Source: a virus | Lineage: Duplodnaviria > Caudoviricetes | Reading direction: 5' to 3' (one strand) | IMG/VR virus record: IMGVR_UViG_3300012665_000850 | Span: 1 to 49,186 of that record | DNA length: 49,186 bases | Part shown: positions 18,088 to 28,086 of the stretch, piece after piece | How positions within the stretch are numbered: position 1 is the first letter of the stretch | How the letters are laid out: each line of letters starts with the position of its first letter | Translations under genes and position numbers: made by a program | The notes under the pieces: model-generated | What the model was told of the DNA's origin: nothing | Databases searched by the model: none | Seen by the model: the letters and a program-made list of their open reading frames with translations, nothing else

Positions 18088-18596
18088 CAGTAGATTATAA
18101 AGCAGATGCTATGCTTGAAGTTCGTAAGTACCTATGGGATTCTTTGGCGACAATAGGTATATTTGACGAAGACAATTATTATAGTGACAATATTGGAGAA
18201 GCAATAATTCCAATTATTCCAGTACAACAGCAGCCAGAGCTAGACCAATTTTTGAGCGGTAAGAAGCATATTGTCTATGACAAGATAGGTATGTCATATG
18301 AGGACAACTGGCTTGTATGCTGTGAGCAAATTCTATTTACAATTTATTCAACAGATGTGTCTGAGATATCAGAAATTAGAAACTTTATGACAGATCTATT
18401 TAGAAGAATGGACGAATCTGCTAGAGATATAAATCGCTGGGACGGCATATCAAACAAGTTTAAGTTCTATAGCATATTCATCTCAGACATTTCTGCTACT
18501 ACCCCATCTGAAGAATTACAGGGATTCTTATCCACAGACGTGATCCTTGAAATTAAATACTCTAGATTTACCGATTCTGTTGGTAGATTCATCTAG
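18084..18596 (+). CDS. Tail terminator-like protein
   Basis: Acidic 170-aa protein directly before the major tail gene; ATGA overlap. Confidence 0.55.
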   Translation: MTVDYKADAMLEVRKYLWDSLATIGIFDEDNYYSDNIGEAIIPIIPVQQQPELDQFLSGKKHIVYDKIGMSYEDNWLVCCEQILFTIYSTDVSEISEIRNFMTDLFRRMDESARDINRWDGISNKFKFYSIFISDISATTPSEELQGFLSTDVILEIKYSRFTDSVGRFI

Positions 18597-18597
18597 T

Positions 18598-18626
18598 TTG
18601 CCTTAAGGCCAAAAATGGCTTATTAT
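18598..18626 (+). promoter_or_regulatory. Promoter for the major tail gene
   Basis: TTGCCT (18598-18603), 17 nt, TATTAT (18621-18626); same -35 as the protease/capsid promoter; SD AGGAGG before ATG 18710. Confidence 0.6.
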
Positions 18627-18709
18627 TATACCAGAGGAAAGCGGCCTAGCCAGCCAAAATTTTTATAATACAACTTAATACAGATTTTTTTATACAGGAG
18701 GTTTTAAAC

Positions 18710-19417
18710 ATGGCACAAAACACAGGTAATGCCAAAAATATTCTCGTTGGTGCGTCACCACTGTTTCTTTCAGTAAATGATTCAACAACAGTAGGATATG
18801 TAGATAACATGGAGCCAGGAACAGCAAGATCTGGAGTCCCAACTGTATCTACAAAGGTACCAGCATTCAATCCAAACTCATCATATATCCCAACACTAAA
18901 TGCACTAGATGTTAATTTAGCTGGTGGAACAGATGCAGCAGCATACCGTAACGTAGGTTACACAAACAACGGTCTTCAGATTACTTACAACCCATCATAC
19001 GGTTCAGTAACAGTAGATCAGCTTCTTGATACAGCAAAGCTATTCAAGGAGTCAATGGAAGTTATGATTGCAACAGAAATGGCAGAAGGTACTCTAGAAA
19101 ATATTCTAGTTGTATTCGGACAGGCCAGATCAACACTTTCAGGATCAACACTAGGAATTGAAGCAGGTGCTCTTGGAGCAGCTCCAACAGAGCGTCAGCT
19201 TATTGCAGTAGGTCAAGCACCAACTGTATCAAGCCCAAATTCAGAGCGTGTTTACTATGCACGTAGAGTTTTGTCTGTACAACAGTCACAGTTCTCATTA
19301 GCACGTAACAATGCATCAACATTCCCAGTAACATTCCGTCTTCTCCCATCAGGAGATTCTGCTTACGCAGGACAGGAATACGGTAAGATTATTGACCGTA
19401 CTTGGACAGTAGCATAA
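18710..19417 (+). CDS. Major tail tube protein
   Basis: NAKNILVGA, VGYTNNGLQITYNP..VTVDQL, FPVTFRLLP; followed by terminator, chaperone and tape measure. Confidence 0.85.
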   Translation: MAQNTGNAKNILVGASPLFLSVNDSTTVGYVDNMEPGTARSGVPTVSTKVPAFNPNSSYIPTLNALDVNLAGGTDAAAYRNVGYTNNGLQITYNPSYGSVTVDQLLDTAKLFKESMEVMIATEMAEGTLENILVVFGQARSTLSGSTLGIEAGALGAAPTERQLIAVGQAPTVSSPNSERVYYARRVLSVQQSQFSLARNNASTFPVTFRLLPSGDSAYAGQEYGKIIDRTWTVA

Positions 19418-19433
19418 TTTAACTATTTAAATT

Positions 19434-19466
19434 ACGGAAACCCCCATTAATTTGGGGGTTTTCTGT
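19434..19466 (+). terminator. Intrinsic terminator after the major tail gene
   Basis: GGAAACCCCCA-ttaatt-TGGGGGTTTTC followed by T-rich sequence. Confidence 0.85.
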
Positions 19467-19495
19467 TTGTGTTAATAAAACCCTTTTGTTATAAT
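19467..19495 (+). promoter_or_regulatory. Promoter for the chaperone/tape measure operon
   Basis: TTGTGT (19467-19472), 17 nt, TATAAT (19490-19495) with extended TG; SD AGGAGG before TTG 19524. Confidence 0.65.
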
Positions 19496-19523
19496 AATAA
19501 AGACATATCCATAGGAGGATAAA

Positions 19524-19856
19524 TTGGCAACTACAGTATATGACGTAGAAGAAATTACGTTACAAAATGGCGCAACAGTTAATCTTAAACCATTGACAAT
19601 TAAAGAGCTACGCAAGTTTATGGCCGCTATCTCCAAAACTGGAGAAGCAAAAACAGAAGATGAAACACTAACAATTCTTATTGATGCTTGTGCAGTAGCA
19701 CTAGAAAAGCAATTACCAGAATTAGTAAAAGATCGTGACGCATTCGAAGATGTTTTAGACGTCCCTACCATCAATCGCATTCTTGAAGTTTGCGGAGGAA
19801 TTAAGATGGACGACCCAAACCTTCTAGCGGCAGCGGTTCTGGCTGGTCAGAACTAG
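19524..19856 (+). CDS. Tail assembly chaperone (gpG-like)
   Basis: Between major tail and tape measure; slippery heptamer near its end. Confidence 0.8.
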   Translation: MATTVYDVEEITLQNGATVNLKPLTIKELRKFMAAISKTGEAKTEDETLTILIDACAVALEKQLPELVKDRDAFEDVLDVPTINRILEVCGGIKMDDPNLLAAAVLAGQN

Positions 19857-20185
19857 ATCTAGCCGCTTTAGAGGGAGAAGTTTTTCTTTTAGGTAATTGG
19901 AAAAATTACGCAGAGATAGAAGAAAATCTTTCAATGCCAGAACTTATTCAGACATTGAAGTCAATGCAAAAAACGGAATCAGAAAAAAGAAAGTTTTTAG
20001 CTGGAATCCAAGGCATTGATATAAATGATGAACAAGAAGAAAAAGAAGGTCCTACCTTTGAAGATATACAAAGAAGAGCACTTGGTATAAATGCAAGCGG
20101 AGATGATGTAGTATCACTTCAAGGAGCATTAGCAATACAAGGTGGATTTGGTATCGGAGCTGGATTAGGATACATCAAGGAGTAA
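19814..20185 (+). CDS. Tail assembly chaperone -1 frameshift extension (gpT-like part of gpGT)
   Basis: C CCA AAC at 19814-19820. The -1 frame is open through PSSGSGSGWSELDLAALEGEVFLLGNW.. into the 19934..20185 ORF. Confidence 0.8.
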   Translation, partial: PKPSSGSGSGWSELDLAALEGEVFLLGNWKNYAEIEENLSMPELIQTLKSMQKTESEKRKFLAGIQGIDINDEQEEKEGPTFEDIQRRALGINASGDDVVSLQGALAIQGGFGIGAGLGYIKE

Positions 20186-20194
20186 AATAGATAA

Positions 20195-23100
20195 ATGGCT
20201 GATGAGCAAATTGTAACCAATATAGTTGCAACCTCAGATTTTTCAAGTCTCATTGCCGATGTGCAACGGACCACAGTAGCACTATCTAAATTACAGTCAC
20301 AGTTATCTTTATCAAACGCAGCATTAGCGAATCAGGCTGGCCAGATACAAAAAGGTTTTGGAGAAACTCTAAGATCAACTGGCCAGTTTACTTCGCATTT
20401 TGTTACCGTTGGATCAGAAGTAGAAAAATTTGGAAAAAGCCTAGACACTGGAAGACTTAAACTAAGGGATTACTTTAGGGTATATCAGGATCATACAAAG
20501 AGTTCAGGCGGATTAATTAGAGGCTTAGCCAAAGAACAAGTAGCGCTTCAGCAATCTATAGTACAGTCACTTGGTAAGTCTGCAGATGGCATGCAGAAGT
20601 TTAACGTACATGTTAAAACTGGATTAGATGAAGTAGCAAATAGAACTGCATTAGCAAAGAAAGAAATGCAGATTTACAACAAGGTTATTCAAGACGGCGG
20701 AAATCAAATTATTAACTGGGGTAAGAATACTCAGTGGGCTGGTCGTCAGTTAACTGTTGGGCTAACCGTTCCCATTGCAGCATTTGGCGTAGCAGCATCA
20801 AAAGCATTTAGAGACGCTGACCAAGAGCTTGTAAGACTTACAAAGGTTTATGGCGGTTTATCTGCAACAAGCTCAGCAGAGTTAGCTAAAGTTAGAAAAG
20901 ATGTTGAAGCAACAGCAAAAGAATTAGCTGCTGCATATGGTGCATCATACAAAGATACAATCTCTTTAGCTGCAGATATTGCAGCAACAGGTAAACAGGG
21001 CAACGAGCTGCTTGAGTCTACAAAAGAAGCAACAAGACTTTCGATTCTCGGAGAAGTAGATAGACAAGAAGCTATGAAAGCTACGCTTGCTATTCAATCT
21101 GCATTTAAGCAGAATACAAATGAATTAACAGAATCAATTAACTTCCTCAACGCAGTTGAAAACCAAACCTCAACAAGCCTTGCAGATTTAGTGGAAGCAA
21201 TTCCAAAAGCTGGTCCAGTTGTAAAGGCATTGGGTGGAGATGTTGAAGACTTAGCGCTTTATTTAACTGCAATGCGTGAAGGCGGAATTAATGCATCAGA
21301 AGGTGCAAACGCTTTAAAGTCTGCGCTTGCTTCTATTATTAATCCAACTAAAGTTGCTAAAGAACAATTCATGGGATTTGGAATTGACTTAAGCGGAATA
21401 GTAAATAAAAATGCTGGAAACCTAACAGCAACAATATTAGAAATTCAAGCTGCCTTAGAGACATTAGATCCACTAAAGAAGTCACAGGCAATTGAGCAGC
21501 TATTTGGTAAATTCCAGTTTGCTAGAATGAATGCGCTGTTTGAGAATTTAGGCAAGCAGGGAAGCCAGACTTTACAGGTATTGGACTTAATGAAAGCAAG
21601 CTCACAAGATCTTGCAAATGTAGCTGGTCGAGAATTATCACAAATTACTGAGTCTGCTTCTGGTAGATACAGAAGAGCACTTGAGTCATTAAAAGCTGAC
21701 CTAGCTAAAGTTGGAGAAGAATTCCTCAAAATTCAAACATTCTTTATTGAGCTTGTTGACAAGGTAATTAATTTTGTTCAAAAGCTACCAGATCCAATAC
21801 AAAAGGTTCTTACATTGCTCGCTGGTTTCACTGCAGCAGCAGGTCCACTTATCATGCTTACAGGTGTATTTGCTAACTTCTTTGGATATGTCATCAAGGG
21901 TGTTGGACATCTAAGAGCATTATTTAAGGGTGGAGAAGGATTTAAATTATTAACTCCACAAATAGTTGCAGCAAATCAAGCTGGAAGCTTAATTGAAAAA
22001 ACATTCTACAGCGATGCAAAAGCGGCGGCAACATTAGCAACAGCTTTAAATAACTTAAACAACGAGTTTAATCTTTTATACAACAAGGCAAACAACGTAA
22101 TGCCAGTTGCCCCAGCTATTTCAACTATGGCAAACAATATGTTTATGCCAGGTGGCGCTCAAGAAAGAGTTGTAAATACACAAAGCTCAATGTTGGGCAA
22201 GCCATATTCAAGAGACATGTCTCATATGATTCCATCAAAGAGTCCACAGGCTGGATCTATTTTTGGAGTTTTGCCTGGTACTGCTCCAGTTAACAAAAGA
22301 ATTAGTAATAATCCACAGATTTATGCTGCTGGAGATATGCCAGATATTCCTGGTCTTACAACTGTAAACAAAGTTTCTACTGGAGTTGTTGCTTCAGAAG
22401 CTGCAAAGTTCCACTCAATGACAGCAGCAATTGCAATGCAATCACAGTCAGAACTTGCAGAATTAAAACAAGAAGTTGCCGCAACTGGAAGTATTACGAC
22501 ACAGCTTTCACAGTCTTATCAAACACTGCTTCCGCAGATGACAGAAGTTATTCAAAATGCTGTGAGACAATCAGAACTTATTGTTGCAGAAACAAAAGCA
22601 GGAAAGATTACATTAGACCAGGCTAAGGCTAAGATACTTGCACTGAATGCTCAGATAGAAACTATGCTTGCATCTACAGCTACTAGCGTTGCTGCAGCAC
22701 AGGGAAGAACAATTAATGTTGGCATGGTTCCTCTAACAAATCAGCCAGCTGTTGATCCTAGAACTGGCAAGAGTAACATGAAAGAAATGTTCCATAAAGC
22801 TGGAAATGCTAATTTAATGAATACAATAGCAAGAGCTTTGGGAGTAAGAACATCTGGCGGAGGATACAGCACAGAGACAACAATGCCAAAAAGACTTAAT
22901 GACGGTGGGTTTGTCCCAGGATCTGGGAACACTGATACTCATTCAGATACACTTCCAGCTGGCTCATATGTTGTAAATAAAAAATCTTCTGAAAACCCAT
23001 TATACAGATCTGTGTTAATGGCAATGAAAACTGGAATTAGATTTAATAGAGGTGGAGAGGTACCAGTACTATTAACACCAGGAGAATTTGTTGCTGATCC

Positions 23101-26100
23101 ACAAACAGCAAAAGCAAATCGCCCAATACTAGAGTCTATAAATGCTGGCAAGTACGCACTTGGCGGAACAGTAACTGGCAACAGGATGAACTACGGCATG
23201 AGATCTACCAGACAAGGATCAAAGAACCCAGCTCTTATTGAAGCTTCTTTAGCTCAAGTAATTGGATTCAATACAGACAAGAATTATGCAAAAAATTCTT
23301 ATACTGGTGCAGTACTAAATGACTCATGGGCAATCTATGACGCATTAAGCTCAGCAATGGGAAGACCAGCTGATCCAAAAGAAGCAATTGCAATTGCGGA
23401 AGCAATGGAAGAAGAAGCAAGATCGGCAGCTACCTTTGGCGGAGTCCTTGATGAAAAAGAATATAATAAGGTTGCTAAAGAGCAGATGTCTACATGGAAG
23501 CAAAAGCTTAAGGCTCAGTATCCAAACATAAGGCTTACTAGTTCTACTAAAAGACAGAATGCAACTAGCCCAACTGTTAGAAAATTAATTCATGCATACA
23601 TGCTTAAAGATAAAAGATTTAGCAGAGATTATTTAAGAACATTAGATGTTTCTGAAGGTGGAAATGCTGTAAGAGCACATAGAGACCAATTATCTCAATC
23701 TTCAGACAAGGTAAATCCATACAAGTATTTAAGATCTGCTGTTGTTACCCCTACAAACGTTAATTATGAAAGCAAACAATTACAAGATTATTATGGAATA
23801 GACAACTATAGAGATAGAGTTTCTATGGGTCCTCAACAAGCAGGAGAAGACGCAAAGAGATTACTCAAGGGAGTTGGATTTAATTCAATTTCTGCATACG
23901 AAAAGTACTTGAAGGAAAAGAAAGAAAAGAAAGATGCTGCAAAAGCACCTAAGAAGTACAAAGAATTTTTGGCTGCCAGAACAATTGGAAAGCCTTCTCT
24001 ATTTACACCAGCACTTGCTGGAGCAATTAGAAGAAAGAAGGGTGGGCTTATACCAAGACTGCCATCTGCAATTATAGATAGATTAACTGCTAGATGGGAA
24101 CCACCTAGACAATTCTATAAGCCAGGATTCCAGTACAAGCTTGGAAACCAAGATCCACTTCATGGCCCACTTCAAATTGGCATGTCTCAAAGACTAAAAA
24201 GATATGCTGGGTATGATCCAAATGATTACGACATGCGTAGAGATGTTGTGTTTAGAGATGATCAATTTAGCAGATTAAATATTATGCCAGGATTCCTTAC
24301 TGGAACAGCTGAAGAACGTGGTAAATATGCAACCGCTCAATACATGAGTGGCAATTTAGACATAATGTCTCAAATGGAAAGATTGGGTAACCACCCACTT
24401 GGACCAATTGCTGCAATGAAAACTCAACAGCAAAAGTTTAGTGGTAAGTTGTTTAGAGGGATAAAGATGGGCAAAACCTTTAAAGGATTGCCAGAAGAAT
24501 TAATAGATGCAATTAGAATGGCAAGAGCAACTGGAGACGCATCTGGTTTAATCGGCAAAGAATTTATTATGCGCCGATCATCCTGGAGCAAGAGCCCTAC
24601 GGTAGCAAGTTTCTTTGCCCCAGGAAGCAAAGTTGATCCAGAGTCATTGGTAATTGAAGCTTCAGTAAAAAATAGAAATATTTTACCAGCAGGAGATATG
24701 TTCCCTGATAAAAAGTTCGTGGCTCCGTATGGACAAGATTGGAGTGCAGGGCAGCTAGGCGGACAGTATAGATCAGAACAAGAAGCTATCTTTGGCGGAA
24801 AGTTTAGAGTAATAGGATTTGATAAAGGTAAGCTTAAGGTAGAAACAGTTGTTGATGGAGCAAGAGTAGACGGTGGAGATACACAGGCTGGTAAGTCTTA
24901 TTTAGTTGGAGAAGATGGTCCAGAAATATTTGTTCCTAAAACAGACGGCACCATAGTTCCTAATGTTAGTGGCGGTAGAAGAATGGGAGCAATGGCTGCT
25001 AACTACGGCGGTAGCATGCTAGGCTACGGCTTAGCTTCAAAGCTTGCACCAGGAAACATGCTTGCACAAATAGGTGGCGGTCTACTAGGTGATGTTGCAG
25101 GAAATGCAATGTACAACAGAATTATGAGAGTCGGAGTTGCAGCTGGAACTGCAACTACCAAAACATCACTCTTAGTTAAAGCATTCCAGTTCTTCATTAA
25201 ATTACCAGGACCAGTTAAGTTATTAGCTGGAATTGCTGGTGTAGGCATGGCCCTACAATCTGTAAATAAAAAACTTGAAGAACATAGAAGAGTTGTTAAT
25301 TCTGCATTTGGTTTAGAGTCAACAACTGTTGCAAAGCTTGGCCTGCAATATACAACACTAGAGCAAAGAATGAAGGACTACAGAAAGTCAACAGATTTAG
25401 CAAATGCTTCTGCAGCAGCCTTCAAGTACACAACCAATAAGGTAGGCGGAGCACAGGGAATAGATATGACTCAGGAAGAGCTAGATGCTCTCAAAAAGTC
25501 ATCACAAAAGAATTTTAAGACAGAAATATCTATGTTTAATACAGCATCACTAGATGAGCTGCCACAGAAGGCTACACAGCTAAAGGCAATGTTTGTGTCA
25601 TCTGGAATGGCCGTACAAGACGCAAATGAATTAATCTATGCATTAATATTAAACTCTAATAAAGCAGAAGGCGCATTAACTGCACTTGGCGATAAAGGAT
25701 TTGGTTCAATTCAGGATAAGGGTACAGCGGCAGCTGCAACACTCAAAACATACTACTCAGTTATTGCAAAAGGCAATACTGATCAGATTGGCAAGTCTGT
25801 TGACTCAGCGCTAAATGCATATCTTAATCTAGAAACATCTTTAGTAAATATAACAGATAAAACAAAGCCTATAGTAACTGAATCAGAAGCATACCTAAAG
25901 GTATTAAATAAAATTAAAAATAGTAATGCTGGAAATGCTCAATTAGGCGGAGACATTTATTTGGCACTATCCAGACAAAACTCAGAACTTGGAAAAATTA
26001 TCAACAGCACAGACACTTTTGCTTCTGTTTTGGCTAAGGTTAAGTTGAGTACTTCAGGGCTCCAGCTTGATTTTGCAAACATGGGTGAAAAGGCTGCAAT

Positions 26101-27625
26101 TGCTCTTTCAATGGTTGTTTCAAAACAGCAAGAAAATTTGGCAGCAACATCTGGTCCTTTTGCTGAGCTTGCAAAAGATATTGAAAATACTGGCAAAGCA
26201 AGCGCTGATCAAATTGTAAAAACATCACAAATTTCTGCTGATGCAATAAACAAGCAAATAGAATTGCACAATAAGAATATCAAAAAGATTAAAGAAGAAG
26301 CCGATGCTAGAAAGAAAGCTCTAGACGAAAATCTTTCTGACGAAACAACTTTATTACAAATTAAAAAGAAGCAGATGGAATATGCTGACGCAATTGCTGC
26401 TGGAGACATGTCAAGAGCTGCTCAAGCTCAATTAGATATACAGATGTTAACAAGAGCTCAAGAAGTCACTGTAGCAAAAAGATCAATTGATGATAAAGCA
26501 GAAAAAGACATTAAGAAACAACAAGATGCAATTGACGCTTTAAATAAAAAGCTTGATGGATTGCAAAAGACTGTAAATTCTGCACAAGCATCTGCAGCTG
26601 CTTCACAAAAGAAATCTGCTGACCTTCAATCAATGATGGATGAGCTTGTTGCTTTAACTGTAGCTGGATCTGACGGAGTTGATCCAAAAGAATCTGCTAG
26701 AAGAGATACATTAATTAATAAATTAACAAAAGCTGGCTATAAAGATATAGCAGCTAAAATAACTGGAGGTGCAAAACCTTCATTTGTTAATAACTTCCAA
26801 GGTGGGGTAGACAATCTAGCAGAACTTTCAAAGACTAGTTTACAAAAAGCAATGGACGACAACAAAGGCCTAGCTGTTTGGATTAAAGATCCAGAAACAA
26901 AAGCGTTATTTGGTAAGCTACAAAATGGAGAAAATCCTGGATTCCAAGCACCAAAGGGAACTCCAAATACTCCAATTATAAACCCTAAAGATCCAGTAAA
27001 AGATGTTTCAAAAGAAAAAACTATTTTGGAGGCAGCTAAAGCTGCTGCTGGTGGTAAAAAGAAAACAACTATGGTTGATATCAATGGCATAGCCTATGAA
27101 ATATTTAAGTATGGAAACTCTCAGTACTTAATGCCAAAGGGTACAAGCGGTAGCGAAATCTATGAATATCTTTTTGCAGATGGTAGAATATCTTTAGGAA
27201 AAAGAGTGAAAGATCTAAAGAGAAACTATAGCCTTGGCGGACCAGTATTTGGAGCAGGAACTGCAACATCTGACTCAATACCAGCAATGCTTTCAAATGG
27301 TGAGTATGTTATTAATGCAGCATCAGTACAAGCATACGGCAAAGAAGTATTTGATAGCTTTAATAACAGAAAGTTTGCAATGGGTGGAATGGTTAGCCCA
27401 TCATTTAATATTCCTGGAGGACCAGCCTCACTTGGCAATAATGCAGGTTCACGATATAATGGTGGAGGACAAGTTTACAACTATAGCGCAGGTGGAATTG
27501 TTATTAATCCAGCGCAAGGACAGAATGAAAAGCAAATTGCAGAATATGTAGTTTCAATAATGGATGCAAAGAACGGTTTAAGAAGAGCAAGCACTGGAGA
27601 TAAAGGAAGGTTCCTACAAACATGA
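20195..27625 (+). CDS. Tape measure protein with internal accessory domains, including an ADP-ribosyltransferase-like domain
   Basis: 2476 aa, Ala-rich and helical; TP901-like core (NAVENQTSTSLADLVEAIPKAGP, GINASEGANALKS); SDSIPAMLSNGEYVINAA near the C-terminus; LFRG..SSWS..EQE insert. Confidence 0.92.
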   Translation: MADEQIVTNIVATSDFSSLIADVQRTTVALSKLQSQLSLSNAALANQAGQIQKGFGETLRSTGQFTSHFVTVGSEVEKFGKSLDTGRLKLRDYFRVYQDHTKSSGGLIRGLAKEQVALQQSIVQSLGKSADGMQKFNVHVKTGLDEVANRTALAKKEMQIYNKVIQDGGNQIINWGKNTQWAGRQLTVGLTVPIAAFGVAASKAFRDADQELVRLTKVYGGLSATSSAELAKVRKDVEATAKELAAAYGASYKDTISLAADIAATGKQGNELLESTKEATRLSILGEVDRQEAMKATLAIQSAFKQNTNELTESINFLNAVENQTSTSLADLVEAIPKAGPVVKALGGDVEDLALYLTAMREGGINASEGANALKSALASIINPTKVAKEQFMGFGIDLSGIVNKNAGNLTATILEIQAALETLDPLKKSQAIEQLFGKFQFARMNALFENLGKQGSQTLQVLDLMKASSQDLANVAGRELSQITESASGRYRRALESLKADLAKVGEEFLKIQTFFIELVDKVINFVQKLPDPIQKVLTLLAGFTAAAGPLIMLTGVFANFFGYVIKGVGHLRALFKGGEGFKLLTPQIVAANQAGSLIEKTFYSDAKAAATLATALNNLNNEFNLLYNKANNVMPVAPAISTMANNMFMPGGAQERVVNTQSSMLGKPYSRDMSHMIPSKSPQAGSIFGVLPGTAPVNKRISNNPQIYAAGDMPDIPGLTTVNKVSTGVVASEAAKFHSMTAAIAMQSQSELAELKQEVAATGSITTQLSQSYQTLLPQMTEVIQNAVRQSELIVAETKAGKITLDQAKAKILALNAQIETMLASTATSVAAAQGRTINVGMVPLTNQPAVDPRTGKSNMKEMFHKAGNANLMNTIARALGVRTSGGGYSTETTMPKRLNDGGFVPGSGNTDTHSDTLPAGSYVVNKKSSENPLYRSVLMAMKTGIRFNRGGEVPVLLTPGEFVADPQTAKANRPILESINAGKYALGGTVTGNRMNYGMRSTRQGSKNPALIEASLAQVIGFNTDKNYAKNSYTGAVLNDSWAIYDALSSAMGRPADPKEAIAIAEAMEEEARSAATFGGVLDEKEYNKVAKEQMSTWKQKLKAQYPNIRLTSSTKRQNATSPTVRKLIHAYMLKDKRFSRDYLRTLDVSEGGNAVRAHRDQLSQSSDKVNPYKYLRSAVVTPTNVNYESKQLQDYYGIDNYRDRVSMGPQQAGEDAKRLLKGVGFNSISAYEKYLKEKKEKKDAAKAPKKYKEFLAARTIGKPSLFTPALAGAIRRKKGGLIPRLPSAIIDRLTARWEPPRQFYKPGFQYKLGNQDPLHGPLQIGMSQRLKRYAGYDPNDYDMRRDVVFRDDQFSRLNIMPGFLTGTAEERGKYATAQYMSGNLDIMSQMERLGNHPLGPIAAMKTQQQKFSGKLFRGIKMGKTFKGLPEELIDAIRMARATGDASGLIGKEFIMRRSSWSKSPTVASFFAPGSKVDPESLVIEASVKNRNILPAGDMFPDKKFVAPYGQDWSAGQLGGQYRSEQEAIFGGKFRVIGFDKGKLKVETVVDGARVDGGDTQAGKSYLVGEDGPEIFVPKTDGTIVPNVSGGRRMGAMAANYGGSMLGYGLASKLAPGNMLAQIGGGLLGDVAGNAMYNRIMRVGVAAGTATTKTSLLVKAFQFFIKLPGPVKLLAGIAGVGMALQSVNKKLEEHRRVVNSAFGLESTTVAKLGLQYTTLEQRMKDYRKSTDLANASAAAFKYTTNKVGGAQGIDMTQEELDALKKSSQKNFKTEISMFNTASLDELPQKATQLKAMFVSSGMAVQDANELIYALILNSNKAEGALTALGDKGFGSIQDKGTAAAATLKTYYSVIAKGNTDQIGKSVDSALNAYLNLETSLVNITDKTKPIVTESEAYLKVLNKIKNSNAGNAQLGGDIYLALSRQNSELGKIINSTDTFASVLAKVKLSTSGLQLDFANMGEKAAIALSMVVSKQQENLAATSGPFAELAKDIENTGKASADQIVKTSQISADAINKQIELHNKNIKKIKEEADARKKALDENLSDETTLLQIKKKQMEYADAIAAGDMSRAAQAQLDIQMLTRAQEVTVAKRSIDDKAEKDIKKQQDAIDALNKKLDGLQKTVNSAQASAAASQKKSADLQSMMDELVALTVAGSDGVDPKESARRDTLINKLTKAGYKDIAAKITGGAKPSFVNNFQGGVDNLAELSKTSLQKAMDDNKGLAVWIKDPETKALFGKLQNGENPGFQAPKGTPNTPIINPKDPVKDVSKEKTILEAAKAAAGGKKKTTMVDINGIAYEIFKYGNSQYLMPKGTSGSEIYEYLFADGRISLGKRVKDLKRNYSLGGPVFGAGTATSDSIPAMLSNGEYVINAASVQAYGKEVFDSFNNRKFAMGGMVSPSFNIPGGPASLGNNAGSRYNGGGQVYNYSAGGIVINPAQGQNEKQIAEYVVSIMDAKNGLRRASTGDKGRFLQT

Positions 27626-28086
27626 TAATGCCAAGAGGTTCCATACTTCAAATAGAAGCTAAAGATTTATTAGCAACTCCAGCTGGCACAAGCCTAGTTT
27701 GGAATAAAGTTACAGAACATAATAGATCTGCATTCGATATGAGCCCAATGAGAATTGAGCGTACACAAAGAATGTCAAACGGCTCATTGAGAAAATTTTA
27801 TATTGCAGACAAATATAGATTTAATCTATCTTGGGATATGCTGCCTTCATATAGAACTTTAACAGTAGACGGGGCATGGGGAGCAGAAGATCTAAGATCC
27901 TTTTATAATAGCGCAGAAGGCCAAGGCACATTTAAAATTCGTGTAAACTTAGCAAAGACTGGATCAAACCAAGAGTCAAGCGGATATGAAGAATATACAG
28001 TTAATATAACTGGATGTAATTTTGCAATTGCTAAGCGTGGGCTACAGCCACATTGGAGCGTATCTCTTTCACTGGAAGAAGTATAA
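27622..28086 (+). CDS. Distal tail-like minor tail protein
   Basis: Directly after the tape measure; RMSNGSLRKFYIADK..FNLSW..SLSLEEV. Confidence 0.65.
   Translation: MIMPRGSILQIEAKDLLATPAGTSLVWNKVTEHNRSAFDMSPMRIERTQRMSNGSLRKFYIADKYRFNLSWDMLPSYRTLTVDGAWGAEDLRSFYNSAEGQGTFKIRVNLAKTGSNQESSGYEEYTVNITGCNFAIAKRGLQPHWSVSLSLEEV

Noticed and set aside
18627-18709. Structured RNA in the major tail leader (GAGGAAAGCGGCCTAGCCAGCC)
   Set aside because: A GC-rich patch, but I could not derive a convincing fold; it needs comparative data.
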